DNA from: Laetmonice hystrix
Taxonomy: Eukaryota
Length of the DNA: 64,000 nt
NCBI GenBank assembly: GCA_965235115.1
Contig: OZ249436.1
Span: 19,842,001-19,906,000, forward strand
Direction: 5' to 3'
Each line of letters starts with the position of its first letter. Within the stretch, counting starts at the first letter, position 1. The notes beneath the pieces are model-generated. The model saw only the letters and a list, made by a program, of their open reading frames with translations. It was not told the origin of the DNA and did not search any database. Both the position numbers and the translations under genes were made by a program. Positions 61,890 to 64,000 of this stretch are shown one piece after another.

Positions 61890-64000
61890 AACGGGTTTTC
61901 ACAACAAACCTTTGACAGGCCTCTGATGGAATAAATTTGCCTCAACACTTGCAACATAATGAGGCAGTGCCATGACAACAAAGAGCAGTTGGAGAAGCAG
62001 AATAATGCAGTTCATATCTACTAAGCAATTAGTGGTTGGATTTTGATGATAATCTCCATTGTCAAGATGTATCTGCAAAGCTTCAGCAAACAGTCTAAAA
62101 ATGTATCAAAACGTGTGTTTTTTAGCCCCCAACCCAAAGGAGTGGGGGCTTCTGATTCACCCTCCGTCTTGACGTCCGTTTCTCAGAAGTGTATTGGGTT
62201 TTTTTATATAGTTCAAAATGGTCACTCAACAGCTGTCTTGGATGTAAACTCATTTCGAGCAGTAACTTAGACAAAAGATTCCGATTTCTTTCAGATTTGG
62301 TGCAGAGAAGAAGCACATGAGGGGCAATTTATAACCTACTCAGCAGAAAAACCCACAAAGTTACATGACATGACATGACAGACATTTGACATGAAATTTC
62401 AAGGGGAGGACCCCCTCCCCCCGCATGCACGCCTCGAGCCCTCGGCGCTGGCAGTACGGTCACATGATTTCCAGTTCCCCCCCCCCATTTTTTTGAGCTT
62501 CCGACATCCCTGAAATGGTGGACATAAAAGATACTAGCTACTGAAATTCGGACTCCTGACCCCGACTGTGTTTCATCATTGACTCAATAATCACCAATAA
62601 TGCTCAGTATTCTGAGCAAACTTTGCAAACATATTGGCCAATGCATATACTGAAAGATTGATTTCATTATGTGTCCCAAAGGGCAATTAAAATGTTCACT
62701 TTCTTACTTTGTGCGTTTATATTTTTGTTCAGTATATATGGTAATGTATGCTTAGTTCAGAGCAAATAATTATGGCAACATGGCAGCCATATTTCTTTTT
62801 TGACCCTCGAAATAACACTGTTTTGGCTCATATCTTGAAAATAATGTAAGATAACACAATAGTTACTATTATTGACAGACATGGGTGTGTGGTAACTCTT
62901 TGGGTTAAGAGGTGCAGAGGGGTTGATTTGCCCGAAATTTCTCCGTCCGATTTGTTTTCTTTTTGCTCTGCCTAAATTTTCACCACTGTTTTGCCTGAAT
63001 TTAGGGGGGAGGGGCCCCCCGCCTCGTACGCCTATGTTGACAGATAGGAAGTCATATATTAAGTCCGTTTGAGGCCATTTTCCAAGACCTTTACAGGTCA
63101 ATCCAAGGTCATGAATATTTTCAATGGCCTGTAACAGTTCATGATAATGACATTAAGGGACAATCTAAGAACCAGGCAGGTCAAACATATTTTTTATATC
63201 ATTCAAAATGGCCCCTTGGTGGCCATCTTGGATATAAACACATTTGGAGTAACAAAATTGTCTGAATTTCTTTCAAACTTGGTGACAAAGGAAGGCATAT
63301 GAAAGGCAGCAAGCGTGCATTTTTTTGCGTTAGTGTTCAAGACAAACGAAGGTGAGCAAGTCATATTATAAAGTTTCATTTGTCAGTATTTCCCTTTACA
63401 TTGAGTGACCTTGTGAGGTCAATCAAGGTCAGAGACATTTTCGACAATTCATATCTAGAAAACACTTCAAGGTAACCACTTACTACAAATGGTGGATGAA
63501 AACATATATGAAGTTTCTTTGTGACTTATGTATCAAAGATGTTCTCACATTGTCTGTATCTCAAAATTGATTTCTGGACCCACAGATAATTAGGCCTAGT
63601 GCCTACCCAGTTGGAGACTGTGACTACGACGTTTGCTTGTTTTATCATCTTTCTCGTGATATTTATTAGGCTAAATAGTTAACTGTCCTCACCGCACTTT
63701 GAAAAGGTAGCTGATTATTTGAGTAAACTTAAAAATACATTGTACGTAACTTCGAAAATAAAACACTTACCTGTCACCTATAGTAACCTATTGACATGTG
63801 AAGACACACTGTTCCTACAGTACTGCAGTATGATGATATTTGTTAACTAGGATTTGGGCCGAAGCTATTAACAGATAACAGCAGGAGTTTGAATTTGCCT
63901 CGGGGCGCTGCAACTGACGTCCCATAATAGTCCCAAGTCCTGGGGAATCCCATGCTAACTTCTGGTATAGCTCCACCATATTTGATCATCATCATAGGCT

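Overview
Intron-rich animal genomic DNA (invertebrate; a lophotrochozoan origin is my inference) with many MITEs, G/C homopolymer elements and TAGGCCTA palindromes. Four genes are supported. (1) An intronless MFS sugar-porter (1170-2606, -). (2) A 12-coding-exon HCN-like channel (11654-18900, +). (3) A 9-exon Cys-less pentameric ligand-gated ion channel (22153-31653, -). (4) The most striking feature: one constant coding exon (37870-38820) encoding a short non-BTB N-terminal domain plus a linker, ending at a phase-0 donor. It is followed by at least 12 stop-terminated cassettes (44814-61889), each preceded by a phase-0 CAG acceptor. Eleven encode different 2-3-finger C2H2 arrays and one encodes a transposase/paired-like HTH. 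This looks like a lola/mod(mdg4)/broad-style transcription-factor diversification locus built on a different N-terminal domain. It has a shared acceptor motif and a possible internal promoter. All exon structures were inferred by eye from splice signals and reading-frame continuity; no transcript data were available.
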